Assembly: GCA_030770535.1 (NCBI GenBank)
Contig: JASVEC010000010.1
Span: 62,001 to 126,000, forward strand
Origin: Batkoa obscura
Lineage: Eukaryota
Direction: 5' to 3'
Length of the DNA: 64,000 nucleotides
The notes under the pieces: generated by a model
Databases searched by the model: none
The model's input: only the letters and a program-made list of their open reading frames with translations
Told to the model about the DNA's origin: nothing
Part shown: positions 1 to 13,243 of the stretch, piece by piece
Position numbering within the stretch: the stretch's first letter is position 1
Layout: every line of letters starts with the position of its first letter
Position numbers and translations under genes: made by a program

Positions 1-948
1 CAGCACCAAAAGAAAAAGTGACTTTTATTGAGGATATGACTGAATCAGAGATAACTGAAGCTGTAAAGAAATTTCATTTATTTGATGTTATAAATTTTAA
101 TCGTACTATAGTTAAAACTACCTGTAGGTTTGATCAATTTAGGAAATACTTGTTATATGGTAATTTATAATTAGATATTATAATAGAGTTAATAAATAAA
201 TAAATAAATAGAATGCTTCACTTCAAATATTAAAATCAATTCCTGAACTTGAAACTAGCTTACAAAAGTAAATATATGATTCAATAGTATATAATAAGTA
301 TACACTAAACAATATTTAATAGTTATCAAGGACATCAAAGTAAAGATGGCGACCCACAAGGAAATATGGTTAATAGTTTAAAGGGATTATTTAAAGAACT
401 AAAAAACTCAGGTTCAGTTTATCCACCATTTATATTTTTACAAGTAAATTGAACTTATATTCATAAATATAATATAATAATTTATTTGTTTATAGTCTTT
501 ACGTCAAGCCTTCCCAAAGTTTAGTCAACAAGAAGGGAGAGGTAATTATTCACAACAGGATGCAGAAGAATGCTGGTCCTCAATACTTACCAGTTTACAA
601 AATAAATTAAATGATACAAATGGGAATTCATTTGTTAGCAATTATTTTGGTGGAAAATTTAAAACTAAAATGAGTAGTGAAGAAGCACCTGAAGAAGAAG
701 CAACAATCGGAGAAGAAACTTTTTTTAAACTAGATTGTCATATTACTAAAGAAGTGAATCATTTAACTGTTGGTTTAAATGATAATTTTATTAATGAAAT
801 TGAAAAAAACTCACCAAGTTTAAATCGAATGGCTAAATATAAAAAAGAATTTAAAATTGATCGTTTGCCTACTTATTTGCCGATTAATTATGTTAGATTC
901 TTTTGGAAACCAGCTGAAAGAATTAAAGCTAAAATATTAAAAGTAAGT

Positions 949-979
<31 letters not shown>

Positions 980-1450
980 TGTAATATAATATTTATACCA
1001 ATATTTTATTTTATATAGAAAGTTAAATTTCCAATGGAATTAGATCTCTACTCTTATTGTACTAAAGAATTACAAACTAAATTAGATTTAGCTCGTAACA
1101 AAATTGAACAAATCGATGAAGAAGAACGTAATAAAAAAGTGAAACTTGAAAAAGAAGAACAACCCAGAGATTATAATAAAGAAATTTACGAAGTAGCAGA
1201 TAATGAATTAAAAAAAGATATGGGCGCTAACTATACTGGTTATTATCAATTACATGGAGTATTAACTCATACTGGTAGATCAGCTGATTCAGGTCATTAT
1301 ATTGCTTGGGTAAGACAAAATAAAAAAGAATGGATTAAATTTGATGATGATAAAGTTACAATTGTGGATGAACAAGCTATTTTAAAATTAGATGGAGGAG
1401 GTGACTGGCATATGGCTTATATTTTATTATATTCTTCTAAACAATTTTAA
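1..1450 (+). CDS. UBP6: Ubiquitin carboxyl-terminal hydrolase, Ubp6/USP14 family (5' end lies outside the window; multi-exon)
   Basis: Spliced Cys box LPVGLINLGNTCYM|NASLQ (intron 160-211), QQDAEECW, His box LTHTGRSADSGHYIAWV, and C-terminal LDGGGDWHMAYILLY. Stop at 1448-1450. Confidence 0.95.
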
Positions 1451-1594
1451 TTTGAAATAAAATTTAAAGGTTTAATATAACTTAATTTCATATTTTGGAA
1501 TTTTAATTTTAAAAAATTAGAAGATTGAACAAAAAGAATTTATTTGAATAAAATAAAGAATGATTTTTTATTTTAAATATTTCATTTTAAAATC

Positions 1595-2531
1595 ATGAGT
1601 TTTAATAACTATTTTGATGAAGATGAATTTTTAGCTGAAGAACAAGTAAGTTTTATATTTAAAGTTAATCAATATATAATATTAAATTCAATTAATTAGT
1701 TAATACCATGTAAATTTAATCAAGATGTAGATAATATAAGTCATTTAATTGGTACTCAAGATTTAATAGTAATTTCAATAAACAGTAATACGTAATCTAT
1801 AAATAGTTAATCATATACTGTGTTTTAGATTCATAAAGATAGTCAGTTAAGTATACCATATTGGGGAGCAGAACAACTTAAATTAGAGTAAAATTATTGT
1901 TGAGTATAAATACTAATAAATATAAATACTAATAAATATAAATATAATAGAGGATATACAGAAACTGAATTACCTATAGGATATCAATTAAAAATAAGAA
2001 ATGGAGTATTAGCTAGTCCAACAAATATTGACTTATCAAGTATTAATTCTCAATTTTATTATTTTGGTCGAATGGTAGCACATGGGTAAGTAACAATATA
2101 ATAATAATATTAACATTTTTATTATTTTATATAAAAAATAGTTTAGATGAAATTACAAAATATGAAATGATTGAATATTTAAATTATGTATTTATACAAC
2201 GATTAACAATGATTGTAGATCATTCAACAACAAGAAGTAATTTAGATCAACAAGCTCATGCTTTCTTAAATCAATTAGATGAGTTTGAAAAAGAAGGTAA
2301 ATACTATTTATTGTTTGGGGATGTTTTTTTTGATTTCATTATCTTTCCATTTTTTAAACACTATTTGAGTGGAAAAATTGTTAGTAAAATTCTTAAACAC
2401 AAAAAAGCATCTCCATTTACTATTTATAAAATATGTTTATTAATATCAATATTATTTTTGATTATTTAGTTTATAAACAAGCACAAAGAAAAAATAAAGA
2501 ATATTTAATTTGGTTAACAAAAAAAGATTAA
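1595..2531 (+). CDS. PSF3: GINS complex subunit Psf3 (6 exons)
   Basis: MSFNNYFDEDEFLAEEQ|LIPCKF...SIPYWGAEQL...LASPTNIDLSSINSQFYYFG...FLNQLDEFEKE...LYKQAQ...WLTKKD*, matching the Psf3 pattern. GT-AG introns; the last intron contains a MITE. Confidence 0.85.
2317..2414 (+). mobile_element. MITE family copy 1, inside the last intron of PSF3
   Basis: GGGGATGTTTTTTTTGATTTCATT...AAAAAAGCATCTCC with flanks GTTT/ATTT; matches the family consensus along its length. Confidence 0.85.
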
Positions 2532-2617
2532 ATACAAAATAAATAAATTATTAATAATATCATTTCATTTTATTAAATTTTTATTTAACATTATAATAAT
2601 TAATTGAAATTCTCCTT

Positions 2618-3910
2618 TTAAAGCCTAAGTAATTCAGCACCAGCCCCATTAATGTCTCCATTATGATTAGCTAAAGATCGAATAATTGTTTCCCTTGATA
2701 ATTGAGGAAACATAGCTTGTAATAATTCTAAATTTTGATTATTAACTTCAATATTTTCAATATCAGTTGTATTATTTGTTGTATTAGAAGTATTAAATGT
2801 ATTAAATGTATCCTAAATAAAATAGAAATAAATAAAAATTAAATTAAATAGTCACAAAATAGAAATAATAGTAATTATAAAAATTAAATTAAACTTACTC
2901 TAACAGATAATCCAGGTGGCAATATATCACTTTCACCAGATAATGCAGAAGATGTTACTCTTTGTTCTTGTTGACTGCTTAAATGTCTTAATGGTGTTAA
3001 ATTTCTTGGTGATGGAGAGGAAGCTAATATATAATTAAAATAAGGACTAAAAAATTTAGTCATTCTTATTGGATATCGCCAACCTTTAATTCCCAATGTA
3101 TCATAATAATATAATGCTCCAATAAGCACTCCACTTAAACTGGGTAATATTGAGTAAGGGAAACGCAATATTAATAACTATAGAAATTAACATATATCAA
3201 TATAATATAACACAATATATAATTTTACCTGAAAAATAAGTAAATAAGTTAATAGTTTGTCATTAAATTGAAACTTAAATACTTTAATTTGATAAGATAC
3301 TGGAATTAATTGATGAAATAAAAAAATAATTGAAAACAATAAAGAGTATGGACCTGAAGGTAAACTAGTAAAATTAAAGGGTTCTAATAATAATAATAAT
3401 AGAACTTGAAATAAACTTGAAAATAAAAATGAATATGTCATAAAAGACTATTTAAATAAAATAGAAAAATATTAATAAATATTAAACAATATGTTGATTA
3501 ATACATTAAACTTACTAAATATTTTTTAGTACCAAATAAACGTTCAATTATACGAAACCTATAAAATAATAACGCACTAATAAATAATTCTCCACTATTT
3601 TTATAAGCTAATTGACTAGTTAATATTCTCCAAAACTAAACTCAACGATATTAGTATTAATAACGTTGTAATCATTTAATTTTAATATTTCTCTACCTGA
3701 TGATATTTTGATAAATGAGGTTTTAATTGTAAATGTAAATAATGCTGAACTCTTAATAAACTAAATAAAACGGAACATATTGCAATAGTAAATATTATAA
3801 ATTTAGTTAATGGTGCTTTGTAAAACCCTATAATTTGTTTTTATTATTACACAATTTTAACTTTAATTATTTTATTATTATAATCTACCTATTGGGGTTA
3901 TCTGTATCAT
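2618..3910 (-). CDS. DSC2: Rhomboid-like pseudoprotease with C-terminal UBA-like domain (Dsc2/UBAC2 family)
   Basis: Spliced MIQITPI|GFYKAPLTK...HQ|FWRILTSQLAY...ELFISALLFYRFRIIERLFGTKKY, LPSGPYSLLFS, and C-terminal LQAMFPQLSRETIIRSLANHNGDINGAGAELLRL*. Confidence 0.85.
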
Positions 3911-4109
3911 TTTCAAAAAAAATAACTAAAATTAAGTGAAAACTTTAAATGTTTAAATTTATTTTTCTAAATTCTTAAATCCACAAAATAACATCACACT
4001 AAACTTAGGCATTTTTTGCAATGATTATTGATTAATTTAGTTCCAGCTTAAAACTACCAAAAAAATTAAACACTCAGAAATTTTATTTTCTTCAAAAAAA
4101 ACAAAAAAA

Positions 4110-5509
<1,400 letters not shown>

Positions 5510-5533
5510 TTCAAATAAAATTTTTCATAATTT

Positions 5534-8136
5534 TTATAACTTATTTATTAATATTGAACATTCTTCCATTACTTTATCCATTCGTTGTTTTAATAAAGTA
5601 TAAAACTAAGGGATGAAAATTGTTAGTTGAGTAATATTATATTTGATATTATACACTTACTTTAAATCCTTGATTTAAATTATTATTTAATAATTCAAAA
5701 GTATTACAAGCTTCTTGAATTAAATTTACACTTGGAGTTGTGATAGTAGTATTAAATTGCTAGAAGTGAATATAAAATAAGATTAACAAATATCATAATG
5801 TTATAATGAATAACTTACATTCGATTTATTATTAGTAAATTGATTTAATTCTTTAATGAACTTTAAGTAAGGTAAATATTTTTTTAATTCAATTTGAATT
5901 AAATTTTCTAAATCATTCATTTCAAATTTGTTATTATCATTCCATTTTAACTCATTAATGTTTAAGTTATCATTTAATTGAAATTCCATAATTTCTTTCT
6001 TTTTATTATCAACTTGATTGTAATTAAATTGGTGTTCATTACTCTGATTTTTTTTGAATTTAAAACTATTACAATCATTGTCAATCTGAAAGAAGCAAAT
6101 ACATCAAATATTAATACTAGCATACTGAATATTAATAAACAAATAAACTTACTACTAAATTGTTTAAAAAGATTAAATCATTTTCAATATCTAAATAATT
6201 TTCAAAATGTTTTTTGTCTAATTGAATTGCTTCTTCTAATTTAATAAGTAATAGTTTAGGTTTCTTTTTAAACATTTCGATTTGTTGAATTTTTATTTCA
6301 TTTAATTGAATACCGTTAATTTTATCGGAGATCCATTTTAAACACTTAATAATAATAGTATTTAATAATAATAATAATAATATATAAATAAACTTACAAT
6401 TTCATATTTGTTTTTAATATAATCGTGAGTTTGATTTCTTAATTCTTGAATATTATCAAATTTTAATTTTAGATTATCATATCCTCCTTGTTCTTGTATT
6501 TCTTTGATTTTTTCAAGTAATTGTTTAGATAAATTTAGATCAATTACTTCATCTTCTTCTTTTTTATTACTATAAATAGATATTATATATTATATATTAT
6601 ATATTATGTATTATATTATTGTTATTACCTCTTATTTTGCTCCAACCATAACTCCAATGGTTTTAAAATATTATAATTAATAAATTCATTTTTTTTAGTT
6701 TGATACAATTCAGGTGCTCTTTGCAAAAGATATGGCTTCAAATAATTAAATATTGATTTTTCTTTAAGTTGTATTATTAGTTCTTTTAGATCTTCCATTT
6801 GTTTTGGTAATTTAGCTTGTGCCATATTAAATGTTGCTAATTCTTCATTAATTGTAATTTCAGATTCAAATGTTATATATTCTTTTTGTTTCATTAAAAA
6901 AGATACTCGTAATACTATTACTCTAGTTAAACACTAATAAATAGACTAGGTTCATTACTATTATATTATTATAAGTATTACTTACTATTAAATCATCAAT
7001 TATTTCTTGTTTTAAATTTTCTACTATTAATTTATTAGCTTCTTCTACAATTAATTTTGCTTTTTTTAGATAAGCCAACTCTTTATTTTTAACATCATTA
7101 AAATCTAAAGCTTGTCGATAATAAGCAACTGCTTTAAAATGTAACATTTTAATTTTTAAATGATGTTTAAACGTCTAAAAGTTATTGTTATTATAATGTT
7201 AATAAATCAAAATTTTCTTTACCTTTTCAAAAACATTCTCCACTTGCTCATTAATACTTGAAATATAACTTAATTCATACAACTTGCTAACATGTCCAGC
7301 TAATTTTACTAATACACTATTCTTTTTATTACCAATAACAGCTACTTGCCAAATACACTCTTGAACTTGAGCTAATATTAAATTTAATAAACAACTTAAG
7401 CTTGAATAACTTAAATCTTTAGGTATATTTTGTATCGGATATTCATTTTTTATATGTAATCTGTCCAATAAAAATTGTAAAATACCCGCTGAATACTATT
7501 AATAAATTTAATTATTCTTAATTTTGCTATTCTTGTTAATATTATCTACTCACTTCAAAATAAGCACAACTTTTTTTAATTGATTCAATACTGTTTCTAT
7601 CCTCCAATTCAGCTAAATGAGAATAATACGCTGAAATATTGTATAGCACATTGATAAGCTCAAAGTATAAATTGCTTTCTTCTACTGTTTAACTTCTTTT
7701 AATTTTTTATAACTTTATAGTTATTATTTAATTGCTTACTATAAGCATCCTCTTGGTTTATATTGCTCCAACTGAAACTAACTTTAAACTAAAAATAAAC
7801 AAATGAAACATTTAATAACAATAATACTTACAATTGGTAACTTATGAATGGCCATACATAAACCATAATAATATCTATTCAAAACAACATGAATCAGTTA
7901 TAAAAAACCAATCACTATTTTTCTTACTTTAACCATAATTCCGAATGGTCAATGCTACTCCCATCTTTCAATAAAGTGAAGGTACCAAAACTATCTTGCC
8001 TAAGTCTATCTAATCTATTTAAATCATTATGGTATTGATTCATTATTTCATCTTCTAATTCATAAATCGTTTGATAAGCGGAAGCTAACTCAATTGTTGG
8101 ACTTTTTTTATAAGCTAGTTTTAGTAGATTGCTCAT
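5534..8136 (-). CDS. BRO1-domain/V-domain protein (Rim20/PalA/ALIX-like), many exons
   Basis: MSNLLKLAYKKS...DLNRLDRLRQD, exon reading LYFELINVLYNISAYYSHLAELEDRNSIESIKKSCAYF|YSAGILQFL, LILAQVQECIWQVAV, KLAGHVSKLYE, and last exon FYTLLKQRMDKVMEECSILINKL*. Confidence 0.8.
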
Positions 8137-8671
8137 TAATATAATGTAAAACGATTAAAATAAAAAATGTTATTTATTTGTTATTTTTTATAAAATTATT
8201 AGTGCCAAGTAGACGCTCTATTACTATATTTGGTAGACCAGTTTTAAAACAAAACTAAAATAAAATTGTTTAAATATTGTTTATTTTTATAATTATAGTT
8301 ATTTAGTATATAAGAAAAAATTTAAATGGTATTATATAATATAAAAAGTCAAGCTTTACATTACCTAGTTCTCTAATATATTATTTTTAATGATTAGTTA
8401 TGTAATATAAAACTTAAACATGACAATTGGAATTTTACAGTTATTTAAAAATTAAAATAAATATTCACAAATCATATCCTAATATTTCACCTTCTGTCCA
8501 ATAATTAATCAAAAGAAAGTTTCCAAACATATTCATCTTCATGACCTCATAATCTATTTTATGCTTAGGAGGCCTAAAACGCCGAGGCAAAAAGTATAAA
8601 AAGAATGAAGTCATCAAAAAATTCAAGATTTATATCTTTTTAAATAGTGATAAAATATCAATAATAATAAA

Positions 8672-9343
8672 ATGAGATTTGGTGCAACCCATCCTAGTTT
8701 TCAATGGATTAAAGCCAGTGGTGGTATGGTACCGCCAACTGCAGTACAAGGTGGACGTGAAGAAAATGGTAACCCATTATTTATTTGTAGGTAAATAGTT
8801 CAATACGATACCTTTATTTATTTAAAATAGAAAGGAGAATAAATTTAACTAATATAATTCTTCAATAGACAATGGCATAAGGGTGGATTACATATTGGTA
8901 AAGTAGCTCCTCATTTAAATGGAGCTTATATTGCTTATGGTGGTAAGTTGAAATTTATTTTATAAACTATAAGGGGTTTTATTAGAAATTCGATTAGGTA
9001 AAGAAATTTCATTTAAAGAATATTTTGTATTGTGTGGAGATGCTACTCAATTACGTTGGATTGAAAATAAAGGAAAGTGTTTACCTCAAGGTTGGGTACC
9101 TTTAGAAGCTGGTAATGAAGAGAATGGTACAGAGGTAAATACTAATTTGTTTTATTGTTTTGTTATTGGTTTATTGACAATTATTTGTTTATTTAGCTTT
9201 GGATTGGTAAAATTCGTCATGAAAATTCAGAACAAATTGGTAAAGTCTCACCAACATGGAATCATGGATTTAATTATGGTTATGGACTTAAAGAAGTAGC
9301 TATTGATCCTAATACTTCTTATTTTGTTTTAGCTCTTTTATAA
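8672..9343 (+). CDS. DM9-repeat (DUF3421) protein, two repeats, 4 exons
   Basis: FQWIKASGGMVPPTAVQGGREENGNPLFICR|QWHKGGLHIGKVAPHLNGAYIAYG and LRWIENKGKCLPQGWVPLEAGNEENGTE|LWIGKIRHENSEQIGKV...YFVL. Confidence 0.88.
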
Positions 9344-9615
9344 ATTATCGAATAAAATAAATAAAAAATAGCTATTTAAAGATTGCTTTTAGAAATATAT
9401 AGATAGGAAAGTATTTACTACCATAAAGTGAAGGAATAAAATCAATTTGCTACTAACAAAAGCTGTCTTTTAAAACTCAAAAGATTGGAAGGGCTTGCTA
9501 TTTATTAAAATCATCGGAGTTGAAGTAGGTGAGAGCTTAAAGAGTGACTTATCCTGAAATAACTACAAAGCTGTTTAAATAATAATATTCTTTAAAGTAT
9601 ATATAGTACAATTTA

Positions 9616-10267
9616 TTAGTTAATTTTTGAATTAAGACATCTAGTTAATAATAGAGAACCTAAACTATTTTGAGTAATAGAACATAATAAATTAAACACT
9701 TTTTTTGCTACTAGTAGACTACTTTCCGCATCATCCAAGTCGGTATAAATTGTCATTAACTCAAAATAATTTTGTAAGTATCTTTCCAGTTCAACCAAAT
9801 CTATACTATGTTTTAAAACTTTAGAATAATTATTGCATAAGATGATGAACTTTCCAAATGGATACATCGGATGTAGTTGGGCTAGAACGGTTTTTAAATG
9901 AGTAAAGCTTCGTAACTGTTGTAAGTCTAATATGTAGATGATTAAATCAATTTTTGGTCTTATAGTTCGCGATTGTTCGTTTTCTATTAAGGATTCACAT
10001 AGTCTTCTGTTGTTTTTAATGAAATTTATTAGTAGGTTTACATTTAAATTTTAATTTTAATTGATTTACATTGCTAAACTAAAGTTAGATGGAGTATTTT
10101 TGATCAATAATTTAGCTAATTTAGTCTTATTGCTTTTTGGTAGTCCAACGATCTAAAAGTACAAGTTAATATTTTTATATAATTTATATTCTCTCATATT
10201 GATATACCAAAATATGTCCATTTTGAGTCAAATTAGATAATGGAAGTTGATTATAAGGGGAATTCAT
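9616..10267 (-). CDS. CENPM: Centromere protein M (CENP-M) homologue, 177 aa; exons 10267-10208, 10152-10070, 10006-9616
   Basis: Splicing GT-AG introns gives MNSPYNQLPLSNLTQNGHIL|IVGLPKSNKTKLAKLLIKNTPSNFSLAI|RLCESLIENEQSRTIRPKIDLIIYILDLQQLRSFTHLKTVLAQLHPMYPFGKFIIL...HSIDL...IYTDLDDAESSLLVAKKVFNLL. This is colinear with recalled human CENP-M motifs TILLVG, RPRIDLIVFVVNL, FFLGKVCFL and LLYCDLE. Confidence 0.8.
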
Positions 10268-10386
10268 TGAAATTTAACTTCAAAAAAAAGTGAAGTATGA
10301 ATTAAAATTTTTCTATTTTAAGAATTATTTTCAAAAAAGCTTTTATTCACTTTTAATGTACGATGAATATTACTTTTAATCCACAC

Positions 10387-12043
10387 TTAATTTTTATTCG
10401 ATAAGGGAGGCGAATAATAAGATTGATTATCCTTTCTTTCTTTCAATAGCATTAAGATCCAATAATCAACTGTACCATAATAATTAGAAATAGTTCGTAA
10501 GACTTCTAGGGCCCTTAGGAACAGTAAACTACCTTCAGGAGTATAATCACGTACGAAAACACTGCAACCATAGTAAAAAGAAATTGCATAAATAACACTA
10601 GTGTATAAGAAAGCACCTGGTGGAATATGGGGCTCTTTAATTTTCGAAAATTGTTTCAAATCATCCAAAATCCCTAAAAGTTCAAATGCTATTTCTTTGA
10701 TTGAAGGATATTCTTTAGATACTCTAAAATCTAAACTATAGGCTTTTTCAGCATAACTTAGACTTTGTGTAAAGAGAAAGATTTGGGCTATATTTAATAA
10801 AAGCTGAGGTGTAATTTGATAAAAAAGCGGATGTTTCAATAGTGGTGAATCCATTCTTGCTTTGATTTTTTGAAACCAGCTTCGATTTCTTAAATGCATT
10901 TTATACATTGAACTATAAACTTGATGACTTTGTTGAACAACTTGATCAGATATAATTATACCTTTTGCAATAGTAAATTGAAGGCTTGAGATAAAGCGGA
11001 ATGTTTCGAAGTTATAAATATATAACAGTTTGAGCTTTTTGACTTCATTTTCAACTGGCTAAATAACAGTTAGTTAATATACTGGTGATTGGAATTCCAA
11101 AATTACCTTGTTGCCATCTGTAAAAAATTTTAAACCAATTAAAGATGAGATGAGATTCAGATGGATCGGTTTATGTAATATATACCTCTCATGATCTTTT
11201 ACACCAATAAGCTCACAGTCGATCCAGTAATTCCATAGTAAACCGCGATCCAATGTAAAATCATCTTTATTTTTTAAAAGGGTTTCGCTATCAATTTCAT
11301 CAACAAGTCCTGAGGCGTGCATTAACCTAATACAATAAGTCAACTAAATTAGACTAATTGATGTATTACTTTATTCCTTTGACTAAAAATGACAATCAGA
11401 CCTAATGAATATAAAATAAAACAAGCATCTTACCGCATGATTTAAAAGCAATGTCATTATATCCCTGGTTAAACTCAGTTAAATAACATAAATGAAACAA
11501 AAAAGAATTGAACAAATAATCTTTTGAACTCAGGTCTTCAGCTATCCTTTTAAGTTGAAAATAAAAATGATTATCTTCAAATAATAAACACTTTCCAAAA
11601 GTTAAATTTGTTGAAAACGGAAAAGATATTGAACAACAAGCAATAATTATAGGTGAATCTCTTTTACCTTCTTTTATCAAACTTCTAATTTTTAAGGTGT
11701 TTATAAATACAACATTATTATTAAGATATTTTAAAAAGATTTCCACGAGTAAATCTATAAATTGTTCTTGCTCTTTATTCCTAAAAGGATTTTTTTGTAA
11801 GTTTATTACTGGCATACATAGATCAACCCCACGTGATTGTAATCCAACTTTGTTATTTAAACCCTTTACCAGATCTACCTTTATACCTTCTAACACTAAT
11901 TTTTCAAACTCTCTTACTTTGATCTCCAACTTTTTAAATTTAGCTGATGTTATTTCTTCATCATTATATTCATTGTTGTCGCTTTCGCCTTTTTTGATTC
12001 GGTTTTGATTATATTTAGTTATGTCTCGGTCTTCTCTTTTCAT
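10387..12043 (-). CDS. Fungal transcription-factor-like (MHR-like) protein, paralogue A; introns 11433-11383, 11369-11327, 11106-11059
   Basis: FIDLLVEIFLKYLNNNVVFIN...SPIIIACCSISFPFS resembles the start of the fungal TF middle-homology region. No Zn2Cys6 cluster seen. The spliced frame is colinear with paralogue B. Confidence 0.65.
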
Positions 12044-13243
12044 CAAGTTATAATTTATCAGCTAGATAAAATTTATTATCAAATGGCTATTTTTAATTGA
12101 AATAGAAATACCTATTTCTAATTTCCTTTTGTATCCTATTGTTCACGTTATTACTTTTTATAAGACAGAGTAGCCGTTTCAAAATATCAAGCCCTTCTAA
12201 AAGAATAAAAGTAAATTTTGTCAACTTAGCACAGAAGTAGCAAAAATTTCAAACTCAGCCCTTTCAAGAATTTTTTTAAACTCAATTTTATGCAATTTTT
12301 CAAGCTCATTTTAAAAGAACCTTTATTTATTCTTTACAGCTAAAAAATGAATAATTCCATTTCATTAGAAATAATAATAGAAAGTAATACAAACTGCTTT
12401 AACGTCACTATAACTTAATTAACTATTCAATTTAAGAGTAAAATATGGCTAAAATACAAAGATTGGGTTTTAAAAAATTGGCTATGTAAATCATTTCGCT
12501 AAAAAATTCACACTAGAAAAGTCACAAAAGGGTTGCGATAGCTATAAGGAACGATGGGTTATAATTAACAATTGATGAAGATATAAGAGTATTGCATAAA
12601 TAACTTTGATAATTGAATAGAAATAGAACGGTTAGTGGTTAGAATAGTAGATAATCTCTATATTCAAGAACAAGAATTACCTGGGAGTAAAAATAATTCG
12701 ATATTACAATTCTAGACCCTCACCTCTAATTCTTCATTGTATAGATTAAAGCTATTCATAATATTGTTTTACAAACAATTATCGTTTTCTCGATGGATAA
12801 CTAGTGGTGGAGACACAGAACTGTGACATCAAAGAATTACAATTGTAATCAATTTTAGTTTTAGAAATAAAAACAATTGTTAGAACTAATAACTAGATTG
12901 CTTTTTTCATATAAGAAGCTATGATTACTTATGAAATAGCATAATATGAAACGCCTTTGTAAGTATAGTAATGAACATAATCAAAGTAATATGAATGAAA
13001 TTAGACTTAAAGGTCAACTTTTTTATAGTAACTTTCATCCTGCTGAAAATGTTTCAATTTATGATTTACTGTCTGCTGAAATATTATACTAAGCTATCAT
13101 TATATTATACTATATGCTATAAAATATATGTAGATTTACTTAACTGTAAGAAAATCATAAGTTTAATAAATTTCCCCTTTCGATTTTTTTGAAAAAATAT
13201 ATATTTATTCACTTTTAACTTTGAATTTTTACTTATTTTTAGC

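Noticed and set aside
11074..11433. Paralogue A as a frameshifted pseudogene
   Set aside because: A 13-nt micro-exon with canonical GT-AG introns restores the frame and matches paralogue B residue for residue.
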